A stretch of DNA of 64,000 nucleotides from an uncultured delta proteobacterium (GCA_963787125.1 CAWBBV010000007.1:352001-416000); one strand, 5' to 3'. Positions 10,085 to 19,701 are shown, counted from the first letter of the stretch. The notes: generated by a model from the letters alone, not told the origin. Translations and numbers: made by a program.

Positions 10085-10217
10085 GCATCAGCAGATTGGA
10101 CCCTTACAGTTTTTAAGCGTTACCTATTTGTTACCTGAAAACTAAAGTCTAAAAATAAACTCCACAAATGCAAGTGATTGCTGTGTCAAGTTCCCAATTT
10201 TCATAGGAGAATGAAGT

Positions 10218-10844
10218 ATGAAGAGACTGGATCTAATTATTTGTCTGCTTGCGGCAGCATTCCTTATGATCAACGCCTTGCCTGCCGGTGCTGCGGAGAT
10301 AAAGCAGGGCAAGCTGGAAAAGGCCGCTTTTGCCGGTGGCTGCTTCTGGTGCATGGAGGCACCATTTGATCAGCTTCCAGGTGTAATCTCTGTAACTTCA
10401 GGCTATACGGGCGGTAAAAAGAAGCAACCAAGCTACAAGGAGGTTTCTGCAGGCGGGACAGGTCACGCTGAAGCGGTTCAGATCGTCTATGATCCGACTA
10501 AAATCAGCTATGATAAGCTTCTGACTATCTTCTGGCACAATATCGATCCAACTGTAAAAGATCGTCAGTTCTGCGATACAGGCGACCAATATCGCAGTGC
10601 CATTTTCTATAATTCAGAAGCGCAGCGCAGCCTTGCCATGCTTTCAAAAGCTTCTCTGGAGAAAAATAAACCGTTCAAAGAACCTGTTGTGACAGAGATC
10701 AGCCAGGCCGGTGAATTTTATCCGGCCGAGGAATATCACCAGCACTATTACAAGAAGAACCCGCTCAGGTACAAGTACTACCGTAACGGTTGTGGTCGCG
10801 ACCAGCGACTCAAGGAGTTGTGGGGCAATTCAGCCGGACATTAG
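10218..10844 (+). CDS. msrA: Peptide-methionine (S)-S-oxide reductase MsrA, with signal peptide
   Basis: [22 protein letters not shown]; hydrophobic N-terminal signal ending AGA-AE. Confidence 0.95.
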   Translation: MKRLDLIICLLAAAFLMINALPAGAAEIKQGKLEKAAFAGGCFWCMEAPFDQLPGVISVTSGYTGGKKKQPSYKEVSAGGTGHAEAVQIVYDPTKISYDKLLTIFWHNIDPTVKDRQFCDTGDQYRSAIFYNSEAQRSLAMLSKASLEKNKPFKEPVVTEISQAGEFYPAEEYHQHYYKKNPLRYKYYRNGCGRDQRLKELWGNSAGH

Positions 10845-10866
10845 TTTACTTAAGACGGAGGTTCGT

Positions 10867-11418
10867 ATGAAAATTCTTGCAGGCATGTTGGTGCTGATGT
10901 TGTTCGCGGCGGTTGTCGCCTGTAGCGGTGGCGCAACACAGTCTCCGTCAGCAGCCAGGTCCGGTTCCTCAGACAGTGGCAAAGTGAAGCTTTATTCCGT
11001 TACCGCGAAAGGCTATATTATGAGTGATAAAGTCGTAAAAACACCTGAAGAGTGGCGCAAACAGCTGACTCCGGAGCAGTACCACGTCACCAGGGAGCAG
11101 GGGACGGAACAGGCTTTCACCGGTGCCACCTGGAACAATCATGACAACGGCATTTACCAATGCATCTGCTGCGGTAATGATCTGTATCGTTCGGAGCATA
11201 AGTATGAATCCGGCACCGGTTGGCCAAGTTTCTGGCAACCGATCGCCGCCGAAAATATAACTACCCGCGCCGACAACAGTCTCTTCTCAAAACGGACAGA
11301 AGTTATCTGCCGCCGCTGTGATGCCCACTTGGGGCATGTTTTCGAAGATGGTCCCAAGCCGACCGGATTGCGCTATTGCATGAATTCGGCAGCCATGAAA
11401 TTTGTAAAAACACCGTGA
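10867..11418 (+). CDS. msrB: Peptide-methionine (R)-S-oxide reductase MsrB, predicted lipoprotein
   Basis: Start at ATG 10867 after GGAGG; lipobox [31 protein letters not shown]. Confidence 0.93.
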   Translation: MKILAGMLVLMLFAAVVACSGGATQSPSAARSGSSDSGKVKLYSVTAKGYIMSDKVVKTPEEWRKQLTPEQYHVTREQGTEQAFTGATWNNHDNGIYQCICCGNDLYRSEHKYESGTGWPSFWQPIAAENITTRADNSLFSKRTEVICRRCDAHLGHVFEDGPKPTGLRYCMNSAAMKFVKTP

Positions 11419-12938
11419 CCCCTTTGGTCGGAATATTATCCGATACTCCCGAGAACCGAACGCTGGTTGCCAATGTTCACCCGCCTGATTGGATCAATCC
11501 TGAGCCAGCAGAGTGCTACAACCTGGTGGTGATCGGTGGCGGTACGGCGGGGCTCATAGCAGCTGCCGGCGCTGCCGGCCTGGGGGCAAAGGTTGCCATC
11601 ATCGAGCGGCATCTGCTGGGCGGCGACTGTCTCAATGTTGGCTGCGTCCCCTCCAAGGGGGTCATCCGGGCATCCCGTGCGCTCCATGATGCGCGTAACT
11701 CTGCTGAATTCGGAATTAAGGGCAGTCTAACTCTCGATTTTGACTTTGGCTCGGCGATGGAGCGGATGTGCCGCCTGCGTGCTGATATCAGCACGCATGA
11801 CTCTGCCCGCCGTTTCCGTGACGAATTGGGTGTCGATGTATTCATTGGTCAGGGGAGCTTCAGCGGTCCAAAGACGGTTGAAGTAGCGGGAAAGTCGCTC
11901 TGTTTCAAAAAAGCCGCCGTCTGCACCGGTGCCCGTGCCGCCGTCCCGCCCATACCGGGGCTGGAAGAAGCAGGCTATCATACCAACGAAACCATTTTCT
12001 CTCTCACAGAACTTCCACCCCGTATGGCGGTCATCGGTGCCGGTCCCATCGGCTGCGAGCTGGCGCAGGCGTTTGCCCGTTTCGGCAGCAGTATAACCCT
12101 GATTGAGTCGGGACCTCATATTCTCGGTCGCGAAGATAATGATGCCGCTGGGATTCTGCACACTGCCTTTATTCGCGAAGGCGTAAACTTGCAGTTGGGA
12201 GTTAAAATACTCAGCGTAGAAAAGCGAGGCAGCGACAAGGTGCTGAGTCTGGAGCGGTCTGGCCAGACCATAGAGGTCGTTGCCGATCAAATCCTTGTTG
12301 GCATCGGTCGAGCACCCAATATTGAAGGACTCGGCCTGGAGAGGGCCGGGATCAAGTTTGACCGGTCAGGGGTCACTGTCAGCGATACCCTGCAGACCTC
12401 AAATCCCAATGTTTATGCCGCCGGCGATATCTGCTTTCCCTTCAAGTTCACCCACACTGCCGATGCCCTGGCCCGCATCCTGATCGCCAATGCGCTCTTT
12501 ATGGGGAGGCAGAAGGCGTCAGCCCTCACCATCCCCTGGTGCACCTACACCGATCCGGAGATAGCCCATGTCGGGATGTATGAAATCGAGGCAAGTGAAA
12601 AGGGGCTTGAGGTGACCACGCTCACCGTGCACTTGGCTGATATCGATCGGGCGCTGCTTGACGGCGAAGCTGACGGCTTTGCCCGGGTCCACCTGCTCAA
12701 GGGGACAGACAGAATACTCGGTGCCACCATCGTCGCCCGTCACGCCGGGGAGATGATCAACGAGTTCTCGCTGGCCATTACCAATGGTCTCGGAATCTCT
12801 GCCATCGGCAAGACCATTCACCCCTATCCGACCCAGGCTGAAGTCATCAAACGGTTGGCTGATGCCTACAACCGGACGCGACTTACCCCTTTTGTGAAGA
12901 ACCTGCTTTCCGGGTGGCTGAAATGGCAGAGAAGGTAA
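11415..12938 (+). CDS. MerA-like pyridine nucleotide-disulfide oxidoreductase (not canonical mercuric reductase)
   Basis: [31 protein letters not shown]; lacks HMA domain and C-terminal Cys-Cys; GTG start overlapping msrB stop. Confidence 0.88.
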   Translation: MTPLVGILSDTPENRTLVANVHPPDWINPEPAECYNLVVIGGGTAGLIAAAGAAGLGAKVAIIERHLLGGDCLNVGCVPSKGVIRASRALHDARNSAEFGIKGSLTLDFDFGSAMERMCRLRADISTHDSARRFRDELGVDVFIGQGSFSGPKTVEVAGKSLCFKKAAVCTGARAAVPPIPGLEEAGYHTNETIFSLTELPPRMAVIGAGPIGCELAQAFARFGSSITLIESGPHILGREDNDAAGILHTAFIREGVNLQLGVKILSVEKRGSDKVLSLERSGQTIEVVADQILVGIGRAPNIEGLGLERAGIKFDRSGVTVSDTLQTSNPNVYAAGDICFPFKFTHTADALARILIANALFMGRQKASALTIPWCTYTDPEIAHVGMYEIEASEKGLEVTTLTVHLADIDRALLDGEADGFARVHLLKGTDRILGATIVARHAGEMINEFSLAITNGLGISAIGKTIHPYPTQAEVIKRLADAYNRTRLTPFVKNLLSGWLKWQRR

Positions 12939-12950
12939 GTAAAAGAATAG

Positions 12951-12989
12951 AACGCGGAAGAAGCGGATTGAGCGGATAAAGGCGGATTT
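12951..12989 (+). repeat. Four GCGGA units at 9-10 bp periodicity
   Basis: AACGCGGAAGAAGCGGATTGAGCGGATAAAGGCGGATTT. Confidence 0.7.
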
Positions 12990-12993
12990 AGCA

Positions 12994-13671
12994 ATGAAAC
13001 CACAAAAAATCATCATAACTGTCGCAGGGATAGTCGTGGTGCTACTCTTCTTTTACTTTGATCTGCAGCGGTTTCTGACTTTATCTGCTCTCAAAGCCAA
13101 CCGCCAGACGCTGCTGGATTATTATGCCGCCCACAAGCTGATTATGGTGGCCGGCTTCATGGGGCTTTATATAATCCAGACCACCCTGTCGCTGCCGGGT
13201 GCTGCCATTCTCTCTCTGGCGGCAGGCGCAATCTTCGGCTCGATAATGGGTACGGTCTACGCCAACATCGCCGCCACGCTCGGCGCTACCCTTGCCTTTC
13301 TGGTGACCCGTTACCTGCTGCGTGATGTCGTCATGAACAGATTCGGCAGCAAACTGGAGGGGATGAACCGGGAGCTGGAGGAACGCGGCTTCAGTTATCT
13401 TCTGTTTTTGCGCCTGGTGCCGCTGTTTCCGTTTTTCCTTATCAACCTGGCTGCCGGACTGACCCGGCTTCCCTTGCGGACATTCTTTTTGGGGACGATG
13501 CTCGGGATTATTCCGGGTGGGTTTGTTTATGTCAATGCCGGGGCGAGCCTGGCAACCATTGATTCGCTTTCCGGCGTCGTCTCGCCGCGCGTACTCGGCT
13601 CGTTTGCGTTACTTGGGCTGTTTGCGCTGGTTCCGGTTTTGTACAATAAATACGCACAAAAAAAGGAGTAA
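12994..13671 (+). CDS. TVP38/TMEM64 (DedA superfamily) membrane protein
   Basis: LSLPGA, LFLRLVPLFPFFLIN, TMLGIIPG. Confidence 0.92.
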   Translation: MKPQKIIITVAGIVVVLLFFYFDLQRFLTLSALKANRQTLLDYYAAHKLIMVAGFMGLYIIQTTLSLPGAAILSLAAGAIFGSIMGTVYANIAATLGATLAFLVTRYLLRDVVMNRFGSKLEGMNRELEERGFSYLLFLRLVPLFPFFLINLAAGLTRLPLRTFFLGTMLGIIPGGFVYVNAGASLATIDSLSGVVSPRVLGSFALLGLFALVPVLYNKYAQKKE

Positions 13672-13681
13672 ATGTCTGACT

Positions 13682-14644
13682 ATGGTAGCGCCCTTTCAAC
13701 AACGCCTGCATGCGGTGAATCCTGAATATGAAACATTTGAAAACCTGCAGACCCTGCAGGTAAACCTGGGTAACCTCTGCAACCTGCATTGCACCCATTG
13801 TCATGTCAACGCCTCCAGTCGTGGTACGGAAGTTATGGGGACGAAGGTCATGGCGCAGATAGTTCGATTTCTGGCGCGCCACCCCGGTATTACCCTTGAT
13901 ATAACCGGTGGCTGCCCGGAGATGAACCCGGATTTCCGTTATTTTCTGGAGCAGACAAAGGGGGTGGCGCAACAAAGGTTGTTGCGCAGTAATCTGGCGA
14001 TTATGGCAGAACCGGGCTGGGCCTGGCTGCCGGAGTTTTGCCGCAGCCATGAACTGACCATTATCGGTTCGCTCCCCTGTTACCTGGAAGATAACGTCGA
14101 CCGTCAGAGAGGTCATGGCGTCTATAATAAATGCATTCAGGTGTTGAAACAGCTGAATACACTCGGTTATGGAGCAGAGCTGGAGCTTGATCTTGTCTAC
14201 AACCCGGGAGGGGATTTTGTCCCCGGCAGTCAACAGGGACTGGAAGCCGCTTACAAGGCAGAACTGTCTGCCACCCATGGGATTGTCTTCAATAACCTGT
14301 TTACTATCACCAACGCCCCGATTGGCCGTTTCAGGGATCATCTTGAAGCTGAAGGTGGCTATGCTGAATATCTTCGCCTGCTTGCCGGGCGATTTAATCC
14401 TGAGGCGGCGGGAAGCATCATGTGCCGGACTCTGATTAGTGTCGATTGGCAGGGGAAAATCTACAATTGCGATTTCAATCAGGCGCTTGGAATGCCGATT
14501 ACGGCGGATGACGGTTCTGAAATAACGATTTTTGAGCTGGACGATGCTCGTATGGACGGCAAGCGAATCAACCTTGCCCAGCACTGTTACTGCTGCACGG
14601 CGGGCGAAGGTTCCAGTTGCACCGGGGCACTGGTAGCATCATAA
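13682..14644 (+). CDS. ArsS-like radical SAM protein with Cys-rich C-terminus (DUF3641)
   Basis: CNLHCTHCH, DITGGCPE, SLPCY, MCR, YNCDFN, HCYCCTAGEGSSC. Confidence 0.85.
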   Translation: MVAPFQQRLHAVNPEYETFENLQTLQVNLGNLCNLHCTHCHVNASSRGTEVMGTKVMAQIVRFLARHPGITLDITGGCPEMNPDFRYFLEQTKGVAQQRLLRSNLAIMAEPGWAWLPEFCRSHELTIIGSLPCYLEDNVDRQRGHGVYNKCIQVLKQLNTLGYGAELELDLVYNPGGDFVPGSQQGLEAAYKAELSATHGIVFNNLFTITNAPIGRFRDHLEAEGGYAEYLRLLAGRFNPEAAGSIMCRTLISVDWQGKIYNCDFNQALGMPITADDGSEITIFELDDARMDGKRINLAQHCYCCTAGEGSSCTGALVAS

Positions 14645-14694
14645 CGGAAACAGCAGCGTATCACCCGGAAACTGTTTATAACGGCAGTGATAAA

Positions 14695-15564
14695 TCAGAT
14701 CATTGCCAGCCTGTTGCGCAGATACTTTTCAAACTCCCCATTGAACTCCTCACGCTTCAGAGCAAGATCAACTGTTGCTTTTAGAAAGCCGAGCTTGTCG
14801 CCACAATCATGACGAACTCCTTCAAATCTGCAGCCATAGATAGCCTGGCTCTTTGAAAGTTTGAGGATCGCGTCAGTGAGCTGGATCTCGCCGCCCTTGC
14901 CAGGTTCCTGGTTCTCAAGAACAGTAAAGATCTCAGGGGTAAGAATATAGCGGCCGATGATTGCCAGGTCAGACGGAGCCTCTTCCGGTTTCGGTTTTTC
15001 TATCATGTCAGTGACTTCAAAAACTCTGTCTGAGATATGGGTTGCCTTGACACAGCCATAAGACGAGATGTTTTCCTGTGGAACCTGCTCTAGCGCCAGC
15101 ACGGAGCCACGATATTTGCTGTGAACTTCGAGAAGCTGTGACAGGCAGGGTTTCTCTGAGTCGATAATGTCATCTCCCAGCAGGACAGCAAAAGGCTCGT
15201 TGCCGATAAAATCCTTGGCACAGAGGATCGCATGGCCAAGGCCCAGCGCCTGTTTCTGGCGGACGTAAAAGATATCAACCATTTCGGCAATTTCTCTCAC
15301 CTGAGTTAGTTCCGCTTCCTTCCCTTTGTCGTAGAGCAGGGCTTCAAGCTCAAAGGCGATGTCGAAATGATCCTCAAGGGCTCTTTTCCCACGGCCTGTT
15401 ACAAAAAGGATCTGTTCAATGCCGGATGCTACCGCCTCTTCGACAACATACTGCACCAGGGGCTTGTCTATAAGAGCAAGCATCTCTTTCGGCGATGCTT
15501 TTGTGGCAGGAAGAAAACGGGTACCAAGACCGGCAACCGGGAAAACGGCTTTTTTTACACGCAA
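14695..15564 (-). CDS. galU: UTP-glucose-1-phosphate uridylyltransferase
   Basis: KAVFPVAGLGTRFLPATKASPKEML, GEIQLTDA; TTG start. Confidence 0.96.
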   Translation of the reverse strand: MRVKKAVFPVAGLGTRFLPATKASPKEMLALIDKPLVQYVVEEAVASGIEQILFVTGRGKRALEDHFDIAFELEALLYDKGKEAELTQVREIAEMVDIFYVRQKQALGLGHAILCAKDFIGNEPFAVLLGDDIIDSEKPCLSQLLEVHSKYRGSVLALEQVPQENISSYGCVKATHISDRVFEVTDMIEKPKPEEAPSDLAIIGRYILTPEIFTVLENQEPGKGGEIQLTDAILKLSKSQAIYGCRFEGVRHDCGDKLGFLKATVDLALKREEFNGEFEKYLRNRLAMI

Positions 15565-15644
15565 AATGAACCTCCATGGGAATAAAGACAGTATGCAGAA
15601 TCAGAATTCAGCTGAAAAGCTTTAATCCTGTTGCCTGTATCTGA

Positions 15645-16526
15645 CTAAAGGATACTATTTCTAATAATTTCTGGAATAATCTCTTCTCTTCCCATCGCCA
15701 TAATATGGAGACCGTCAGAGTATGGTCTTACTGCTCTTGCCAGGCGGCAGGCAATGTCAATACCCGTTTGAGTCTGGTTAGCCGAGGATTCGAGCTCGAT
15801 TATGATTTCATCAGGGACGCGCAGTCCGGGGATGTTCTTATTGATGAAGCGAGCCATTGCTGCCGATTTCAAGAGGAGAATGCCGCTGATAACTTTAACT
15901 CCCAAAGGCTTCACTGCAACTGAGAACCGTGCAAGTTTTTCCGGCTGAAAGATAGCCTGCGTTTGAAAAAACTTTGCTCCGGCATCCGCCTTTTTGCGAA
16001 GTTTGTGGAGCGTTAATTCAAATGGTTCCGCTTCAGGAGCCGCTGCCGCCCCGGAGAAGAAGCGAGGAACGCCTTCCAGGGTTTTTCCGGAAAGATCGCT
16101 GCCGTTTTCGAGGCATCTGATTGTTCCCAGGAGTTGCACCGAATCGAGATCAAAAACCGCCTTGCTGTTTTTGTGGTCGCCAAAAGAGATGTGGTCACCG
16201 GTCAGGGCAAGAATATTTGTTATCCCGAGAGCTGCCGCACCAAGAAGGTCACTTTGGAGTGCCAGCCGGTTTCTGTCCCTGCAGGTGAGTTGCAACAGTG
16301 GTTCAATCCCTTCGCGCAGGAGCAGGCAGGCAGCGGCAAGCGGCGAGATGCGCATGTTGGCGCCCTGATTGTCGGTTACATTGATTGCATCTACAAATCC
16401 GGAAAGTGCCTGTGACTGCTGAATGAAGAGCGCAGGATCGCACCCTTTCGGCGGACAGACTTCTGCCGTTATGACAAAATCCCCTCTGGAGAGCTTCTGC
16501 TGAAGGCTTGACAGGTTAGCAGTCAT
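15645..16526 (-). CDS. metF: Methylenetetrahydrofolate reductase MetF
   Basis: TAEVCPPKG, NVTDN, QLTCRDRNR, ALTGD, FFQTQ. Confidence 0.9.
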   Translation of the reverse strand: MTANLSSLQQKLSRGDFVITAEVCPPKGCDPALFIQQSQALSGFVDAINVTDNQGANMRISPLAAACLLLREGIEPLLQLTCRDRNRLALQSDLLGAAALGITNILALTGDHISFGDHKNSKAVFDLDSVQLLGTIRCLENGSDLSGKTLEGVPRFFSGAAAAPEAEPFELTLHKLRKKADAGAKFFQTQAIFQPEKLARFSVAVKPLGVKVISGILLLKSAAMARFINKNIPGLRVPDEIIIELESSANQTQTGIDIACRLARAVRPYSDGLHIMAMGREEIIPEIIRNSIL

Positions 16527-17170
16527 TTGGAGAGCTTTAGTTTTCCGGGTTTCGGAATCTTGGCATAGTTTTTAGGGGGGACGGTTACAGTCAGAGCCAG
16601 GTTGCTGCCGTTTTCATTGCTGCGGGAAAAAATCTGGGCCCAGGCGCATTCAGCTTCGGCATCGGTTTCACAGCGGCCTTCATCCATGCCGCCGCACGGT
16701 CCGTTCAAAATGCCCTTGGGACAGGTTGTCACCGGGCAGATGCCGGCAGTCTCGGTAAGGACACATTCACCGCAGAGAGAGCACTTCTGTTCAAACTGAC
16801 CGAAGCGCTTGATGTTACCAAGAAACATGCTGTCAAGCGCGGCAACAGTTTTTTTCGGAATTGCCGCTGAGACCGACTGTATGCCGGCTCCGCACGCCAT
16901 GACCAGGAGAGCGTCAGCATCATCAACCAGCTGCTGTTTGCCGCGCAGATCCCGGCTGACGCGCAGCATGTGGCAGGCCTCATCGATAATGATCGAGCCG
17001 GTAACCGCTTTCCCTGCCGAGATCAGCGCTTCCTGCATCTGCCAGACTTCCTCCTCGCCGCCTGATTTACAGACAGTTGCGCACTTGGCGCAGCCGACAA
17101 TAAAGACGGAACGGCTATCAACAAGGGTCGTGAGCAGGGTTTCAAAAGGTTTTTGCTGGCTGATGATCAT
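16523..17170 (-). CDS. metV: MetV-like Fe-S/Zn subunit (MTHFR C-terminal domain protein)
   Basis: Cys-rich CSLCGEC, CPVTTCPKGILNGPCGG, CAW; overlaps metF. Confidence 0.8.
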   Translation of the reverse strand: MIISQQKPFETLLTTLVDSRSVFIVGCAKCATVCKSGGEEEVWQMQEALISAGKAVTGSIIIDEACHMLRVSRDLRGKQQLVDDADALLVMACGAGIQSVSAAIPKKTVAALDSMFLGNIKRFGQFEQKCSLCGECVLTETAGICPVTTCPKGILNGPCGGMDEGRCETDAEAECAWAQIFSRSNENGSNLALTVTVPPKNYAKIPKPGKLKLSK

Positions 17171-17178
17171 GGGAAAAC

Positions 17179-17205
17179 CTGGTAACTGGTAACTGGTAAC
17201 TGTAA
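17179..17205. repeat. Heptamer tandem repeat (CTGGTAA)x3 plus partial copy
   Basis: CTGGTAACTGGTAACTGGTAACTGTAA just upstream of the metV start. Confidence 0.8.
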
Positions 17206-17251
17206 AACCATGGGCCTGACTTTAATCTGTTAACTGATCCCAGATCCCGAA

Positions 17252-18094
17252 TTACTGCTTTTTAGCTGATTCAACCGTGTTGTAAAGCAGCATCGTGATA
17301 GTCATTGGACCGACTCCGCCAGGAACCGGAGTAATGGCGCTTGCCCGTTCTGATGCCGCGGCATATTCCACATCGCCGACCAGCTTCTTTTCACCAACAC
17401 GGTTGACACCGACATCGATAACAACGGCGCCCTCTTTGATCCAGTCCCCTTTGATCATTTCAGGGACGCCGACAGCTGCTATGACGACATCAGCAGCGCG
17501 GACAACATCGGCAAGATTTTTGGTGCGGGAGTGGCAGACCGTCACTGTTGCGTGCTGTTGCAGACACATCATGGCCACAGGTTTGCCGACAATGTTTGAG
17601 CGGCCGACTACGACGACACTCTTGCCAGCCAGATCAAAGCCGATCTCTTTCAGCATGACCATCACTCCGTAAGGGGTGCAGGGCTGAAAAGTCGGTTTGC
17701 CAACCATGAGGCGACCGACATTGTAGGGGTGAAAACCGTCAACATCCTTGTCAGGTGAAATTGCCTCAAGTACCTTTTCAGTATTGATCTGCTTTGGCAG
17801 GGGGAGCTGAACAAGAATACCGTGAATTTTCTGATCGGCATTCAGCCTGGCAATCAGTTGGAGGAGTTCTTCTTCAGATGTTTCTACAGACAGTTTATGC
17901 TCATCGGAGAAGATGCCGACATCAGCGCAGGCTTTCTCTTTCATGCTTACGTAGACCTTGCTGGCTGGATCTTCACCAACGAGAACAACAGCAAGTCCCG
18001 GCACAACCCCTTTAGCTCCCAGTTCTGCTACTGACGCCTTGAGTTCAGCGCGAATCTTTGCAGCAATAGCCTTGCCGTCGATTATTGTAGCCAT
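17252..18094 (-). CDS. folD: Bifunctional methylene-THF dehydrogenase/cyclohydrolase
   Basis: [41 protein letters not shown]. Confidence 0.97.
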   Translation of the reverse strand: MATIIDGKAIAAKIRAELKASVAELGAKGVVPGLAVVLVGEDPASKVYVSMKEKACADVGIFSDEHKLSVETSEEELLQLIARLNADQKIHGILVQLPLPKQINTEKVLEAISPDKDVDGFHPYNVGRLMVGKPTFQPCTPYGVMVMLKEIGFDLAGKSVVVVGRSNIVGKPVAMMCLQQHATVTVCHSRTKNLADVVRAADVVIAAVGVPEMIKGDWIKEGAVVIDVGVNRVGEKKLVGDVEYAAASERASAITPVPGGVGPMTITMLLYNTVESAKKQ

Positions 18095-18129
18095 CAATAG
18101 ACTCCTGTCATTTATAAGATTTCAGTTTT

Positions 18130-18393
18130 TTATGCCGCGGCAGAAGGGCAACCGGCACAACCACCACCAGATGCCGCAGCAGGGCAGGCGGCAGGCGCTT
18201 CGCTCGGTTTGGACCCTGAAGTGTAACTCTCATTGTACCAACCGCCACCCTTAAGGGCGAAAGCGGTAGCTGATATCATCTTGGTAACAGGTCCACCGCA
18301 AACGGGACACTCTGTTGCCGGCTCATCGGAAAATTTCTGGCGAAGCTCGAACTGGTTGTCGCAAGATCCACATTTGTATTCGTACATCGGCAT
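18130..18393 (-). CDS. FmdB family zinc-ribbon protein
   Basis: MPMYEYKCGSC...CPVCGG...LKGGGWY. Confidence 0.9.
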   Translation of the reverse strand: MPMYEYKCGSCDNQFELRQKFSDEPATECPVCGGPVTKMISATAFALKGGGWYNESYTSGSKPSEAPAACPAAASGGGCAGCPSAAA

Positions 18394-18460
18394 TTCTAAA
18401 ACCTCACAAACTTGATTTCTGAAACAAGACTATTAATATAATGATTGCAGCATAGTTTTG

Positions 18461-18595
18461 TCAATGATTGATGGTTTGAAGGGGGCGGTACTCTCCATAC
18501 CTCTCCATACTCTCCCTGAATACCAGATCCCGCTCCCGCTCGATCTCGGCCCGCAACTCCTCTGCACTCGGCAGATAAAGCTGATACCGACCAGC
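18461..18595 (-). pseudogene. 3' remnant of a DUF1016/YhcG-like PD-(D/E)XK protein gene
   Basis: Hand translation AGRYQLYLPSAEELRAEIERERDL...*, resembling the YhcG C-terminus; no start codon, in-frame stop at 18596-18598. Confidence 0.6.
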
Positions 18596-18596
18596 T

Positions 18597-18625
18597 CAAT
18601 AAGTCAGAAGGCTTCTGACTTATTG
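18597..18625. repeat. Perfect 14-bp inverted repeat with 1-nt spacer
   Basis: CAATAAGTCAGAAG-G-CTTCTGACTTATTG. Confidence 0.9.
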
Positions 18626-18637
18626 GATAAGTTCACG

Positions 18638-19657
18638 CTATTTTTTCGAGCGAGACAAATTTGACAGCTCTCGCGCAGCCAGCTCAGAAACTTCGTCCAC
18701 CGGGCGGACATCTGAGTCAGTCAGTGTCTTGAACTTGCCGTATTCCAGCTCCGCCTTGGCCTGCGCCATTTCGTGGGAAATGCGCCCGGCGTGGGTGAGA
18801 ATGTCGCGGTCGTTGAGCGTAAGGAAGCCATCCAGCTTCTTGACCCAATCCGCCATGTGCATAGGCACACGCCGCATTGCCTGGCCTTCAGCGAAAACGA
18901 GGTACTGCTCCACAAGGTTGTTGAGCGCCGCCAGCTCCGGTTCATCAAGGTAATTTTTGGCAATGGCGACATCCTGCTTGCGAATCAGCGCGCCGCGCCA
19001 GTTCGTCAGCCCCAGGTTAGGTTTGTTGGCGTTCACCCGGTTGTGGACAATCTCTGCGGCGGTCTGTCCGGTAATAGCCCAGTGAACCTTGTTCTGAACC
19101 GTTCTGAAGAAGCCGATACTGATCTCCTGCGTGGGGTCGTAGTCGATGCTGGTGGCGTAGATATCCGTAATTTTCTGGTAGAACCGTCGCTCGGAAGTGC
19201 GGATATCCTGAATCCGGCGCGTCAGTTCCTCAAAATAGTCGAAGGGCTGGTCAGGGTTTTTCAGGCGCTCGTCATCAAGGACAAACCCTTTGACGATGTA
19301 TTCCCGCAGCTGCTGAGTAGCCCATATGCGGAACTGGGTGCCACGGAGCGATTTCACCCGATAGCCCACGGAGATAATGACATCCAGGTTGTAAAATTTG
19401 GTTGCGTAGTTTTTGCCGTCGGCGGCAGTTGTCAAGGATTCCTTGACAACTGAATCCTCCCGTAATTCTCCTTCTACAAAAATGTTCCGGATATGCAGAC
19501 TGACGTTTTGCTTGGTTGTCTGAAACAGCTCCGCCATTTGCTGCTGCGCAAGCCAGACGGTCTCGCCTTCAAAACGGACATCAATCTTCAGCTTCCCGTC
19601 CTCGGTTTGGTAAACGAGAAACTGACCTCCGGGCGGCATTGACGATTTGGCATCCAT
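18638..19657 (-). CDS. Virulence RhuM family protein
   Basis: YNLDVIISVGYRVKS, FRIWAT, RIQDIRTSERRFYQK; ATG at 19657 after AGGAGG. Confidence 0.9.
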   Translation of the reverse strand: MDAKSSMPPGGQFLVYQTEDGKLKIDVRFEGETVWLAQQQMAELFQTTKQNVSLHIRNIFVEGELREDSVVKESLTTAADGKNYATKFYNLDVIISVGYRVKSLRGTQFRIWATQQLREYIVKGFVLDDERLKNPDQPFDYFEELTRRIQDIRTSERRFYQKITDIYATSIDYDPTQEISIGFFRTVQNKVHWAITGQTAAEIVHNRVNANKPNLGLTNWRGALIRKQDVAIAKNYLDEPELAALNNLVEQYLVFAEGQAMRRVPMHMADWVKKLDGFLTLNDRDILTHAGRISHEMAQAKAELEYGKFKTLTDSDVRPVDEVSELAARELSNLSRSKK

Positions 19658-19701
19658 GCCATTACCTCCTATCCAGCTCACTTTAAACTTAAAGCCCGCT
19701 C

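Noticed and set aside
9318..10146. GTTACCT...TGAAAA similarity flanking the first hicAB as a target duplication
   Set aside because: Short, gapped and AT-rich; compatible with chance
11415..12938. Mercury resistance (mer) locus
   Set aside because: No merR/T/P genes and the enzyme lacks MerA-specific cysteines
13532..14584. 350-aa antisense ORF opposite the radical SAM gene
   Set aside because: Fully overlaps a well-supported gene; no domain signature
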